Origin: Hyphochytrium catenoides
Lineage: Eukaryota > Protista > Hyphochytriomycota
Assembly (NCBI GenBank): GCA_900088475.1
Contig: FLMG01003090.1
Coordinates: 1-38,682, forward strand
Reading direction: 5' to 3'
DNA: 38,682 nucleotides
The translations under genes were made by a program, and so were the position numbers. Positions 1 to 12,592 of this stretch are shown here, in pieces. The first letter of the stretch is position 1. Each line of letters opens with the position of its first letter. A model generated the notes under the pieces. It was not told where the DNA came from. It worked only from the letters and a program-made list of their open reading frames with translations, and made no database searches.

Positions 1-159
1 TAGTGCGGCTTGATAGTATTAGTTAGGTTTAGGTTTAGGTATGGGCCTGAGTGTGAGGGTTGGGCCTGAGAGGAAGGTGATCGGCCTATCAGAAGACAGA
101 GCCAGCGACATAAGCCAGAAGCCTTGAAACCCCATGTAACGCCCCAAACTCTTGCCTTC

Positions 160-170
160 ATTTCTTTCTT

Positions 171-237
<67 letters not shown>

Positions 238-412
238 CTCTCTCCCCTCTCTCCTCTCTCTTTCTCTCTCCTCTCTCTCTCTTTCTCTCTCTCTTACTGT
301 CTCTTCTCTAGCTTTCATGCTCACACATTTGTCCCGATCTCTCTCCCTCGTTTCCTATCTCTCACATTTCACTCTCTTCCGCTCGTCTCTCTCTCGTCTC
401 TCTCTCTCTCCC
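160..412. repeat. Imperfect (CT)n/(CTTT)n polypyrimidine microsatellite
   Basis: Directly visible. It is the source of the RERE/SLSL ORFs at 19-523. Confidence 0.95.
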
Positions 413-596
413 AGCCTCCGTGACTCTTCATACTCTTCCGTTCTTTTATCAATCTTCCCACTCCTGCTGCCCTTCCCTCGTCCTTCCTTCCCTGCACTTC
501 AGAATGTAAGAGTTGCTCTCTGAAGATGGCGTCAAAGGAAAGGCTGGGGAAGGACGAGGAGGACAGAGCCAAACCGCCATGCGGCAAGACTGGAAA

Positions 597-658
597 NNNN
601 NNNNNNNNNNNNNNNNNNNNNNNNNNNNNNNNNNNNNNNNNNNNNNNNNNNNNNNNNN
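597..658. other. Assembly gap (N run) adjoining a (CT)n tract
   Basis: Run of n. Further gaps lie at 9556-9593 and 30801-30898, also next to low-complexity tracts. Confidence 0.99.
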
Positions 659-693
<35 letters not shown>

Positions 694-1050
694 CTTCTTC
701 TTCTTCTTGTATCTTTTTTGATGCTAATCCCTCTTCTCTCTCTTCGCTCCCGCTCTCTCTTCCTCCCTCACTTTTCGAACCGTCCTGTCTCTCCCCTACT
801 TTTTTCCTGGCTTATTATGAGCACCAGAGTTCACTCCCAAGCTTTCTTGCTCTGACAGAAAGGATAAGAGGCTTGGAGCGGCGGCGACCGCTTCTTACCG
901 TGATCTTTTGACAGCAGAAGTGTAACTCCATTCCTTCGCATCGCTTATCTCCCGATTTTTCTGACACTGGGCACCTCTCTCTTCTTATCCCTTTCTTCTA
1001 TATTCTTCTTGCTCTCTCTCTCTTCCCAAAGCTTCAATAAGGCAGCAGCG

Positions 1051-1627
1051 ATGACTTCGCTGCATATTAACTTAGACCTCTTTGGGGTCTTCCTCGATGA
1101 CCTAGCTCTTGACCACGAGGTGGCAGAGACTCTAACAGCACACGCGACCTGCGTCACCACGGTCAGTCTAAAGAGACAATTGTTGATCTTCGTGTTAGAC
1201 GGCAGCATCTAATGTGACATCTCTGTTTCTCTCTCTCTCTCCTTCTTTCTCTCTCTCTCTCTCTCTCTCTCTCGCTCTCTCTCCTTCTTTGCTTTATTGC
1301 CCCTTTAGGTCCTCGCCATTAGTTTGGCTTATGCTCTAGCATCGCACTTTGTGATACTCCCGGGCACGATCTGGCTCGTACTCTCTGGGATCTACAGAAC
1401 TCTGCGAGACAGAGTGAAGCGAGGGCGGGCAAAGTACCCAGGATGGTCTCTGCCCCTAGAGATTGCCGTTGGCGTCCTTCGCAATTGGACTCATGGCTTT
1501 AACCCTGAGCACATCCGGAACAAGGCGCTAAGACAGAGATTCAGGTAGACATGGAGTGCTAAGAAGAACCGAGGAAGGCATTTTCCGAAAATTCAGTAGC
1601 AATTTCAGCGGATGAGCGAGAGGGTTG

Positions 1628-1677
<50 letters not shown>

Positions 1678-3308
1678 GGAAGGGCTGCCGTTCAGGAGAG
1701 AGAGAAAGAGCAGTCGTCGATATGAAGACTGACCTCTATTCGGTACGTTTAGGGCCCAAACAGATTTCTTCTGCAAGATATTTGCCACTGTGTCCTCGTG
1801 GAGGTTTGGCCTATCAATGATACCCTTTGAAGCCAACAGCGTGCGTTGCCAGTGGGTCGGAAGACATCTTAAAGCGAGCGAGAGCTCACCTCTAGGTAGC
1901 AGCCGCCCGTGCCGTCTCAACTTTCCCAAGCCAGCTTATCTTTCTGTCATTTTTTTACCATCACCCACGCTAGTTTCTCTCTCCCACTTCCTCTTTTGCT
2001 GGCCTTCATCCTTCTCTTGGTGTGCTGACGATGTGCATTTCTTTCCAGGTGCAGAGGGTATATCTCCTGATGACGTGGTGCTCCTTTATCTGCACGGAGG
2101 AGGATACATTGCCTTTTCTTCCCATAGTCACGCACAGTTTGCGATGCGGATGCTCCTGGCGACTGAGAAAGAGCTGAGAAGAGCAGGAAGCACGGCCAAT
2201 GTCCGCGTTGTATTGGTGGATTACCGTCTTGCTCCAGAGCATCTGTTCCCTTCCTCCATCTTTGACGTTGTCAACACGTATAGTTGGCTTCTCAAGAAGG
2301 GGTTCAAGTCTAAGAACATCAGCATTATGGGAGACTCAGGAGGAGGAGGACTTGCTCTCTCGTCTCTCCTAGAGTTCAAGAACAGACTACTTCCCATGCC
2401 TAGCTCCTCAGTCTGCATCTCTCCTTTGGTAGACATCTCCTGCACCATCAGTTTACCGTCCACGGATTGCTTTGTTCCGCGCAAGCTAGCAGAGCTCTGC
2501 AGAGACCTCTACGTTGGAGACTCGCCCAAGTAAGTGAGATCTTCGCTAGTTCTTACTCGCTTCTGTTTCTCTCTTAGCCATGTCTCTCCTCTTTGTCAAC
2601 TGTCGATCTAGCCCAGTTCTCCTCTTCTTAAAAGTCGTTTTCGGTGACTCGTACTTCCTGTATCAGCAAGCTAACAGCCTCTTGCACCCTTGTCTCTCTT
2701 TAGTCCTCAGGTCCAGTACAATCAAATCTGCGTGTTGACAAACGATCTTTCCAACTTCCCTCCTCTTATGGTGACTGTTGGAGAGCTAGAGATCTACGTA
2801 CCAGAGGCAAGACTGGTAAGAATCTTGACCCTTGCCATGTTGACTGTCTCCTTGCACCTGTGGCTAACGGAATAACTGCACTTTTGTCAACTCTGCTCTC
2901 TCTTTTTCCTCTCGCGCTCTCTCCTTATTCTTCTGCAACTCAAAGCTTGCACTCCGATGTGATGACTACGGTGTGGACTGTGAACTCAAGATCTATGAAA
3001 ACATGCCCCACATCTTCCAGATGCTGGCGGACCTTATCCCTACCGCTCAGAAGAGTATCAGCGACATTGCGCTCTTCTTAACGCAGAACATGCAGTCTGA
3101 CTCCAGAAAGGTCCAAGTCTGGCCTCTGGCAGAGAAAGCAGAGAACCCCTCGTCCTACCTGCTTTCACCAAAAAGTCTGAGAAGCAACGAGAAGAGAGTA
3201 GCACGGCCGCGGCCCCTTGTCGCTCCCGATGCGTTCCCTCAGAAGCTCTCTGGTCCAAAAAGAGAAGTCTTCTCTCCCAGGCCAGCAGTGGTTCAGGTGG
3301 CTGCTTAG
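1051..3308 (+). CDS. Alpha/beta hydrolase, hormone-sensitive-lipase (Abhydrolase_3) family esterase/lipase with an N-terminal hydrophobic segment; ~6 exons
   Basis: Motifs are LYLHGGGY (oxyanion hole), VDYRLAPEHLFP, GDSGGG (nucleophile elbow), PPLMVTVGELE and YENMPHIFQ (catalytic His). Approximate exons: 1051-1161, 1309-1544, 1753-~1894, 2049-2529, 2704-2815, 2946-3308. The start and the exon-3 donor are uncertain. Confidence 0.88.
1631..1668. repeat. Perfect (AG)n microsatellite inside hydrolase intron 2
   Basis: Directly visible dinucleotide run. Confidence 0.95.
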
Positions 3309-4012
3309 CAGAAGAGACAACCAGTCTCTCCTCACAGGCTCCTCACATTTGGTCCTTGCCCCACTTCCGCCGTACACTTTTTTGTATGGGGTATAGCTCT
3401 GTCTGCACCCCTCGAGCAGGGAGCCAAGGATTCTTCGCCCGCTTCTAGGTTTTCCTTTTTCAAAAATCCCTTCGCCGCTCTTGCTATTATTTATTGAGCT
3501 CACATCCATGGACGGTGTGACTTTCTCTATCATTATATTAAACCTTGAATATAATAGAGAACGCCTCCGTAGGGAAGGCAGAACCATAATGGACAAGGCA
3601 TCTTTGCTTTCCAGAAAAAATGAAAAAGATTCTCCCTTGATTTGGGGCGAGCTGGGTTGGAGTTGGCTGGGCCGGCAACTGTAGGCTTCTGAGAAGTCAC
3701 CACTTAAGAGTTGAAGCTTCCGCCGATATTTTGACGTCTTGACTGACACTCAGACTCAGTTCTGTCAGACAACCTGCGAATGGGATGGACTAAAAAACAT
3801 ACAAGAAGGGTTTGCCTTGCGAAGTCCCTTGCAAAAGTGCTTGTTGACAGAGAGGACTAGCACTTTCCAACCGGGGAGAACACTGGCGCGCTGCCCCTTT
3901 TTGGGAGTGGTGCGATGTGGGCAGACTGGAAGAAGGACTAGTCGTTGAGAATAGATCAGAGCTCTATTGGCCTATTCTTTCTCTCCCGCTGGCCCTGCAC
4001 GAGTTTTCATCT

Positions 4013-5678
4013 TCAATTCTTACTATTGGTGCCCGGCTTCGTAGTGAATGGTCCTTGGCGCCACTGCTTGTAGGCTTCCATATGTCGGGCCAGCACTTTC
4101 CCTCGTCTCTCGTCTTCTATTAGCTTCAAATAGTAGTTGCGTTTCTCCTCCACCGTCGCGAACTATAGCAAGAGGAAGGTTAGAGTCAACCACGGGTAAC
4201 TTGACGAGGAGGAGAGGCGGGAAGCTCCAGAAAGAAGGGCTAGGAATCGGAGCCAGTTGACATTCTAGAAGGCGCCTACAGCTTGATTCAGCCGAGAAAG
4301 GGATTGGAAAAGAGAGGGTAAGGACCTGCATAGAGTCCTTCTTTGCCTTCTTCCGGAAAACCTCTACGTCTTCATTCTTAGTTGCTCCCTTGAGCAGGTC
4401 GATTAGTGCTGGGTCAGCACCTCGAGACTGAGCCACGTGAAGGGCCATCTTGCCATCCTGGCGATGGAGCAACTCTTAGAGACCCTTCCCACAGAAAAGT
4501 AAGACACCGACGTGGTGTCAGGAGGTCGCTCTCCAACAGGCGATCAATATAGGACTGAGGGCTTGAGAATGGACGAATCGGTGGGCAAGTCATGCACAGA
4601 AGAATAAGCAGACATTCAAATTCACGAGCTTAACGTATAACTATAAAGGCCCATAAGAACTATATCTCAAGCTTGCTCTCCCTACCGCGGCCTTTGCTAA
4701 TAAGGGTGCCTTGTGATCTATCAGAAGCTTGGCGATAGCCTTGGAAGTGACCAAATGCAGAGGAGTGTATCCATGCTACGCAAGCAAGCAAGACCAGAAT
4801 GAGCACCTTCAGAAGATAAGCGTATAATAGCAGGTTCGAGAATCAAGCCCGACAAGTCGAGCTGAACTCGAGGACAACTGTTTTAGAAGACAGCAGACTA
4901 GCCGAACGATAGAAAGCAAGCTCAGCGGTAGCAAAGCGGGTTAGAGTCTCTTTGTAAGCTGACAACCATCTAGCATTACATATGCCTATCAAGCCCCATC
5001 GGAGCAATATAGTGAGCCTAAGATCAGAAGAACGGACCTTATCTCTGCTGTCTAGCCTTGCACCAGCGGAGATGAGGAGGAACGTGACTGTTCTATGATT
5101 TCTAGCGACTGCCAGATGCAAAGGCGTCTGCTTACCCTTAATACATTAAGGCAACATAAGTTAGAGAAGCATGACATCCGGCCAGTGCTAGAGATAAGAA
5201 TAATAAGAAAGAGACAGACTATACAACGAGTGACTAAGAGTGAAAGATTGGATGCAGAAGGGGAGAGATGACTGGAGAGATGCGCAAAACCGAACAGTGG
5301 GCAGCCAACCCCGCGTATATGTGGAAAGCTTACAAAGATGGTCTTCTGGTCTACTTTTGCCCCTTTATTGATGAGAAATGCAACCACCTCGCGGTTGCCC
5401 TGGACCACAGCTTCATGGAGCAAACTCCTTCCCTCCTCCGGATGCCTGGCATTGACGACCTTATACAAGTTCCGCTGAGAGCTTCGGATCAAAGAAGCCT
5501 CAAGAGCTTCCAGGTCTCCAGACTGCACTGCTTTCCATGCCCGTGGCACCATGTAAGAATTCTTAAACGGTATATCGTCTGGATGCTCTTCCGCTGCATC
5601 CAAGAGGATGTTCACAATGGCGCTCCGGCTGCTGCTCGGTCGGGCAGGCCGAGACCGAGCGGAGGCGCTGCCGACCAT
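4013..5678 (-). CDS. Ankyrin-repeat protein (about 4 repeats), ~5 exons
   Basis: Ankyrin consensus segments on successive minus-strand exons: GRSLLHEAVVQGNREVVAFLINKGAKVD, GKQTPLHLAVARNHRTVTFLLISAGARLD, HGYTPLHLV and DGKMALHVAQSRG. The frame and stop of the last exon (TGA at 4013-4015) are uncertain. Confidence 0.85.
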
Positions 5679-6445
5679 TGCGAGCGACGCACACCAAGTT
5701 TAGTCCTCCTTGTCAGACAAGAGTGACTGCCCTCATACTCCACACTTTAAAAGTAGCATAACGGAGGTATCCATGAGCTAGCGCGCCTAGCCTTGGCCAG
5801 ACAACCGCGAGCTCAAGATCTGCGCTTTGCTGGCGGGAGATGAAGGAGCAAAGGCGATTCTCTTCTTGCGATGACAAGTAACGCCATCTAAGAGCTCTTT
5901 ATATTGTGGTGGCCATAACCTACATAATTACCTTAAAGAGCTGACGATCCGCTACTGTGATTATCAGTTGCATAGTAACTAACGCTAAAATTGGTGTCGA
6001 AGTTGTGAAGATTCTGGTTAGTAAATTATCTTGCCTTTTCTTGCCAAGAATGACGATGTGGCGAGTGAACTCCCCGAAAAATAAACTTAAAACCTCTGAA
6101 TGGCAAAATACCGAAGAAGACAATCGGTAAAAACGGCCGTATTTCACCCGAAGTTAGAATGTCCTTCCTGTATTTACAAAGTCAGATCTTTGAGAAACCC
6201 ACTTCGTAGAACTCAACAACAAGCTGATGCAGACGAACGCGCCAGATTCTCACTTGCTGACGAAGATTATTGAGCTTGCCTCTTGCCTGGGTCTAGCTCT
6301 GCCTATGAAGAAGGAGCCTTGCATAGCGGTCTACTTTGAACTCCCACCCGGTACTTGGCCTGCTCTCTAGCAGAAGTCGAAAGCGCTCCTTGGGTTGACC
6401 GAAGATACCCTTCTACCGGGCGACCGCCAGCTTGAGCAAGGAAAG

Positions 6446-9237
6446 ATGCTGGACGGGACCTACTTGGGTGATCTTATCACCCGCTACATGCTATATTTGA
6501 AGGATGTTCTGCGCGGAGAGACTGCGCAGGGCTGGATGAAAGTTGTTCATCGCTACTTAAAACAATGGGGATTCCCAGAGCCGTACCCCAACGCCGAACA
6601 GGTCCGCGAATCAGTCGGCTGACACCGGTTTTGAGACATTTCCTTATCTTATGTGCATGCATCATTGTTCCTCTTTTTAGGTCGCAATTTCCATGGCGGC
6701 TGGCGTCTTCACATTAGTAGGCTACTATGTCATTTGCGGAAAGAGACATCGATCACAAAGGAAGCAGCTGCAGAGAGATCTGATTGAGGCAAGAAGCATG
6801 GTCAACGAGCTCGAGGAGAAAATTGCTGAGGTATTGTGGCGCCTCCTGATCTGCCAGACCTGCCATCCCTGCTTTAACATATTTTCATAGCTAAGAGATC
6901 CTGCCATCTTTCTCTTCTCTCACAGATTGAGGAGGAAGAGCTCAAGTTGAACAAGCGACAGAAGAAGCCAATTCGCGTATGGATGGATGGAGCCTTCGAT
7001 ATGATGCACTACGGCCATATGAACGCATTCAGACAGGGAAGGGCGCTCGGCACCTATCTCGTGGTTGGTATCAACAGTGATGCCTCCATCAAGGAGTGCA
7101 AAGGGCCTCCTGTTATGAATGACGGTAAGGGAAGCTACAGAAAAGCAGCATAGACTTTCCAAAGAAGAGAGAGCTGCGAGGGTGGCTGGTTAACTCTGCA
7201 TTGAAATGGGATCACTTTGCGCATGCTTCAATAAGAAGAGATAGTAAGAAGAAGGATGAAACGAAGAGGCGCATTAAGGGGCGAGCATAAGGTGGAAACT
7301 GGAGTTTGAAAGGAGACAGTGCTGCCTGGCTATACCTAATTTTGCTATGGTGTCCTGCATGGACTGGCAGATGAGCGCACTGTTGCGGTCGCAGGCTGTA
7401 AATTCGTGGACGAGGTTGAGCCGAATTGCCCTTACATCATGAACGAAGAATATCTGAACTACGTTATCAAGAAGGTGAGGAAGTGCCATAGAGAGGTCAG
7501 GAAAGAGGAAAAGAGGCAGTCCCCATCCCCATACGTGGGATAGTAAGACCCTGAGAGATACCTAGCTTTTTCCAAACGGACCATGAGACCTGAGAGAGGA
7601 GATTGGAAGGCAGTTCTCTAACAGTGAACGAGTGAAAGTGTAGCTGGAGCCGAGGACTATTCTCACGTCTGCCTCGTTCCCTCAGCATAAGCTGGACTAT
7701 ATAGTCCACGGCGATGATCCTTGCATTGTAGATGGAAAGGATGTGTATGAGACGGCGAAGAAAATGGGAATCTACCGCTCTATTCCTAGAACCGAAGGCG
7801 TCTCGACTACGGAGATTGTAGGCAGAATGTTGCTTCTAACAAAGGAGCACCACCAGAGCGCCCCAGACGCTGACGGTACCGCGAAGTTGGTTTCGAAGGT
7901 GAGGATTCATGGCTTTTCCTCTACCTTGTTTGGCAGTATTCCTGACTTCCCCCATCGGCATGATAAGCATCTGCTTGCCGCCTTGTCACTAAAGATCTCA
8001 CTCATAGGGCGCTACCACGACATCATTTGAGCGGAGATCAAAGTTCCTTACCACAAATCGGATGCTGCGTTTGTTTAGCGCTGGAAATAAGGATCCTCCT
8101 TCTGGTGCTAAGATAATATACATTGATGGAGGGTAAGAAATGGCAGCGGACAAAAGCTCACGGGAGCTGCGGCCTCCTAAACCTTACGCCCACTATACCT
8201 TTGTAGGTGGGACATGTTTCATGCCGGACACGTCAAGATCTTGAAGATGGCAAAGGACCTGGGTGATTACCTGATTGTTGGCGTACACAACGACGTCTCC
8301 GTGAACAAGCACTACGGCAGCAATTATCCAATCATGAACATGCAAGAGAGAGTGCTCTCAGTGTTGGTAAGGGCTTCGCTCATCTGACTGCTCTCTAGAT
8401 TCGAAAACCAACGTTGGGCTGGAGCTCTCTCACTTCTGGAGGCTTGATAGTAGTTGTTCCCTCAAGGGCCGTGCCTCTTCTTGTCATTGTTTCCTTGGTG
8501 TTGGTCGCCCCACGATTGTAAGCTATGGGATTCTTACGAAGCCCCACTTCTTGCTCGTCCTTCTAGGGTTGCAAGTATGTAGACGACATCCTCCTGGATG
8601 CACCATGGGACATCACTCGAGAGATGATAGCGTCCCTCAATATCCACTTGATTGTACACGGAACCAGGGGTGACTACAGAGACCTATGCGCGGCTGAGAG
8701 TCAGGAGAGGTACCACACTCGTGCCGGCACGTAGCTGGCATCTTACTAACACGAGCTTCGCCCTTGGTTAGGTACGACATGCGGTACAAGGTAGCAAAGG
8801 AGATGGGCAAATTTAAGGAGCTGCAGAGTCCATCAGAGGTATGGCCGCTGGGAGTCCTGTCACAAGGGCCCTAACCATCCCCATTCTTTCCCCTTGTCTT
8901 GGATCAGAAGTCCTCGGTTAAGCTCTGACTTCTGTCCCTACCTCCTTTCTTCTGATCCCTCTTGCCTGCCATGGCATCTAACTCATTGTTATTTCCCCAC
9001 CTCCTCCGCACCACCATATCTGTATCTCTATGTTTGCGCCATACCTTCTCCATACCTCCATATCTCTATCTCTGCCTTGCGCCTGGCTTTGGCTAGCTGA
9101 CTATCAAGGAGATTGTGAACCGGATTCGGTCTAACGAACAGCGGTTGCAAGAGAAGTTCAACCGTAAGATCAAGCAGGAGGAGGAGTACTATGAAAACCG
9201 GTACAAGGACATTCCTGGAGGAGCAAAGAAGACATAA
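6446..9237 (+). CDS. PCYT2: CTP:phosphoethanolamine cytidylyltransferase (PECT/PCYT2), two cytidylyltransferase domains preceded by a TM helix and coiled coil; ~10 exons
   Basis: Domain 1 has RVWMDGAFDMMHYGHMNAFRQ, VHGDDPC and RTEGVSTTEIVGRML. Domain 2 has YIDGGWDMFHAGH and PIMNMQERVLSVLGCKYVDD. GT-AG introns are phase-compatible and the stop is TAA at 9235-9237. The start ATG is inferred. Confidence 0.95.
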
Positions 9238-9252
9238 TGGCTTTCTATAACT

Positions 9253-9749
9253 TTATATAAAATGATTTGTATCTTTCCCAAGATATCTGCCACACTTCGA
9301 CTGGAGCTCTAACAACGCTGCAGACTCCTTTCTTTCGCTTTTATCCTCGATCATAAAAATCTTGACATCTCTGTAAGGCAATTGGCGCGCACACTCGATC
9401 AGGGCGATGGCGGTGAGTGTCTTAGGCTTGTACCCTTGGCCATGACGCAGGCACTCCACAAGCCATTCCCCAGCGCGCTCTGTCCAAGCTCAGTGCGTCA
9501 TAAGGGCGCCAGAAGATGGAGAAGACTGAAGGCCAGCGGTGTAGCGGGGGATAAANNNNNNNNNNNNNNNNNNNNNNNNNNNNNNNNNNNNNNGAGAGAG
9601 AATGGAAGGAAGGAAGGACAGCCAGAAAATGAAAGAAAGAGAGAGGCCGAATGCTCAGAGGCAAAGAAAGAGGAGGAGAGATCCTCACTGTAGGAACCAA
9701 GAACCGGGGCTCTGGGGTCAAGGTAAGACGAGAGCCAAGAGGAAGCCAT
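9253..9749 (-). CDS. Possible small spliced ORF (~95 aa, MASSWLSSYLDP...KDTNHFI), unknown function
   Basis: Two non-repetitive blocks are separated by a sense-strand CT-rich tract with a GTGAG donor and a phase-compatible CAG acceptor. No recognisable homology, and the intron spans an N gap. Confidence 0.25.
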
Positions 9750-9799
9750 TACGGGCCTTTGATCGATGGCGATAGCACCTCGAGAGACAGCGAAGACGG

Positions 9800-9803
<4 letters not shown>

Positions 9804-9849
<46 letters not shown>

Positions 9850-9888
9850 GAGAGAGAGAGAGTGAGAGAGAGAGAGACAGAGAGAGAG
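9804..9888. repeat. (AG)n microsatellite
   Basis: Directly visible. Confidence 0.95.
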
Positions 9889-10193
9889 GAAGCACCAAAA
9901 GGTCTAACCTCATTAGAGGTATTGTCAAGCACGAATGACCTATGCCATTCTTGGTGCTGATGCCAACGTGACCGGCAGTGGCCGGTTCTGTCAGGATTGA
10001 GTTGAAAGAACGGCGCTTCCAAAAAGGCTCTGTTTGACACTCAACGAGGGTAGAAGGCACTCATTAGCACTGGGTAAACGTCCTTGTAGGCGTCCTTTGT
10101 TAGCAAAGCTTGCCTCGGAGGCCGAAGAGCAAGAACGCAAGAGGAAAAAAAGCACGCTTGTCATAAAGTCTCACCCGCTGCGCATTGACCAGG

Positions 10194-12592
10194 ATGGCCA
10201 TAGAAGACTTTCTAGAAGGTCTAGCCGAGGAGACAGGCAAGGCAGGAGGAGAAAAATCGGGAAAAGTGTCCAAGGAAAGTGCCAGCAAGGGCAAGAAGTC
10301 TCAAAAGCCTAAGAAAGAGAAGAGTTCTCCATCCAAAAAGAAGGATGAGACGGGCGGAGCTCTATCTGATGGAAAGAGTGATGGTGAAGAGATGAGAACG
10401 TTTACCTCTGACGAGCTCTGTGAGGCCCTCGTGCGCGAATTTTTGGCAAAGAAAGGACTGAAAGAAGTCGCAGCTGTGTTTGATGAGGAGAAAGTAAGCA
10501 ATGCGCTTCATTTCTTTCCATTCCAATCTCACCTACTAGCTACTCCTTCGACGATCCTGCTGTGCATCTCTTCGCAGCTCTCTCCTGCAAGCAGCTTGTG
10601 TCGACGTCTCCTCGCTCTCTCAGTGTTGGAACTGTGCCGCTAATCATCACTGTTTTCGATCTTTCTCAGCCGAGAGAAGAAGGCGCTATCCGGTCCACAG
10701 CAATTCTCATAAAGGCCCTAAAGCTGACGAAGCAGTACAAGGCGAACAAAGAAAAAGGTAAGAGTCCATCTCTTTCTTGCTTGGTGCTTCCGTGACCTGC
10801 TTCCCTTGCTTATTGACGGGATGAAGGTCCGCCTACCATCTCTATCTCTTATCTTCTTGTTGCTCTCTTTCTCTCGATTAGTGGAGTCTGTACGCGAAGC
10901 AGCTTCTCCTCTCTCTCCCAGTCTAATGGCCTTACTCACGTGGCATAGGCATCTCTATGAGCGTCTCCGAGCTTTTGATCCAGAGCATGAGTCAGGAGGA
11001 AGAATCTCACTTGGCTCCACAGAGCCTTCCGAAGGAGGCAGAGCCCATAGCTGCAGATGCTATTGGCCGGCCTTCATCGCCGCCAACCAATCCACAGCAG
11101 CAGCCGCCCATTGCTTCAGAGCCTCCGACTACTGTTCCGCAGGCTCCTTCTACAGCCAGGACGGACGGGGAGGCAACAGAAAGACTAGTTGCCTTGAAAG
11201 TAGACGAAAAAGTATCAAACGCAGGGCAAGTCGCGCATGAGACCACAGAGACAGAGTGGAAGGAAAAGGGGACGCAAGGAATTCTTATCTTCTCGTCGAG
11301 ACTGGAGGCCAAGGTCTCCGAGACATCTCCTAGTACTCGGATCGCAGTGCCTGAGACTAAGAAACATGATACGTTCTACTACGCCCGTTGGGCACCTCCC
11401 AGTCATATTAGCAAGGAAAGAGAAGAGGCCGAGAAGATGGCCAAAGAATTTTCCCCTCCACCAGTGGACCTGCTCAAGGACCGTTATGTCTCTCTGAGCA
11501 GTAGCGATGTAGCCAAGTATAAAGTAGGAATGGTAAGCAGTGATCCTCTCTCCAGGACTGGAGGTTTGCCTAGCACGCGTCTTAAGTTCCGTTGTGCCTT
11601 AGCATCCCTTGGAGTGAGCTCTCTCTACGGCATTAGCCTCTTACACATCCCTTACCTCTCGTTTCCCTTCTCTTCTTTCTCTTTCGATGGCCCTCTTTCT
11701 GCCTTCCTAACGTCTCTCGATTGAATATTTCCCGTCTGCTACGTCTGAACCCCTGTCGTCCCTTATCCTCTACCTCTTCAGGAAGTTAGGGGCATTGGCC
11801 CCGAGGGTAACATCAGTGGGATCATAGCTTCAAGAGAAGGAAGCAAAGAATGTGGACAGGCGGGTCCGGGGACCATCACGGTGGACACGCGGCCAGAGCT
11901 TGGCCCAATTTCTTCTTCTTCCACCTCTCCTTCTCCCATGTTAACACCGTCGACTCTCTCTCCAGATGTTCAGTCTCCGCCGGCCCAATCCCTCATCGCA
12001 CCAACCCAGACAAATCCTTCAGTTGGTGAGGCCACTACTACTTCCCCCTCCGTGACTCCATCGTCAGGCCGGCCCGGAAGGCAGAAGCCCACTCATTTGA
12101 CGCTGCAGGTGCCAGAGGTCGAAGAAAAGGAGCCTAAGATGCTCCTATCTCCGCCTCCTGCATCTCTTTCTCTCCTCTCTACGCCGACCTCAAGCCTCCC
12201 TACACGAGCTGGCTTGGCTCCAATCGCCCCTCGTGGAAAGGCCCTAAAGCCCTTGGAAAGGGTCCCCACACCGCACGCGAAGGCATTCACCGAGGAACTA
12301 GAGCTAGAGAACGGACCAGCGACGAGCGGCGCTGAGGGAACAGTCAAAGAAGGTAAGACTCTTTGTAATATCTTCTCTTCTTAGCCCATCACGGCTGCTT
12401 TTCCTTCTTGATGGACCGGTGGACTTGGTCCTTCAGTCCCATTCACTTGGACCCATGCCCAGAAGTATATGTATGCGTCTTACTCGCTACTGCTGGCATC
12501 AACAGGTGACTAACCGGTCTCTATCTCTTCTATTAGATGGACTTCGGACAGTAGCAGAGACAACCATTACTGCAGCCACATCGTCCCAGTAA
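10194..12592 (+). CDS. Mostly disordered protein with a LisH-like/MINDY4(FAM188B)-N-terminal-like helical domain; 5 exons
   Basis: Exons: 10194-10493, 10670-10757, 10949-11532, 11782-12351, 12537-12592. The segment DELCEALVREFLAKKGLKEVAAVFDEEKPREEGAIRSTAILIKALKLTKQYKANKEK resembles the recalled MINDY4 N-terminus (LVREFLSRKGLK...DQERPR...YKENK). The rest is Pro/Ser/Thr/Glu-rich. Confidence 0.72.

Noticed and set aside
19-523. ORFs with RERERE/SLSLSL translations (also many at 28-36 kb)
   Set aside because: They are translations of (CT)n/(GA)n tracts, which lack stop codons by composition. Most lie in introns or antisense to real exons.
1520-1900. Possible GC-AG or other non-canonical introns in the hydrolase
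   Set aside because: Canonical GT donors (1545, ~1895) with phase-compatible AG acceptors (1752, 2048) explain the structure.
3165-3749. 194-aa minus-strand ORF
   Set aside because: It has no recognisable domain, overlaps the hydrolase last exon antisense, and lies in the convergent 3'UTR zone.
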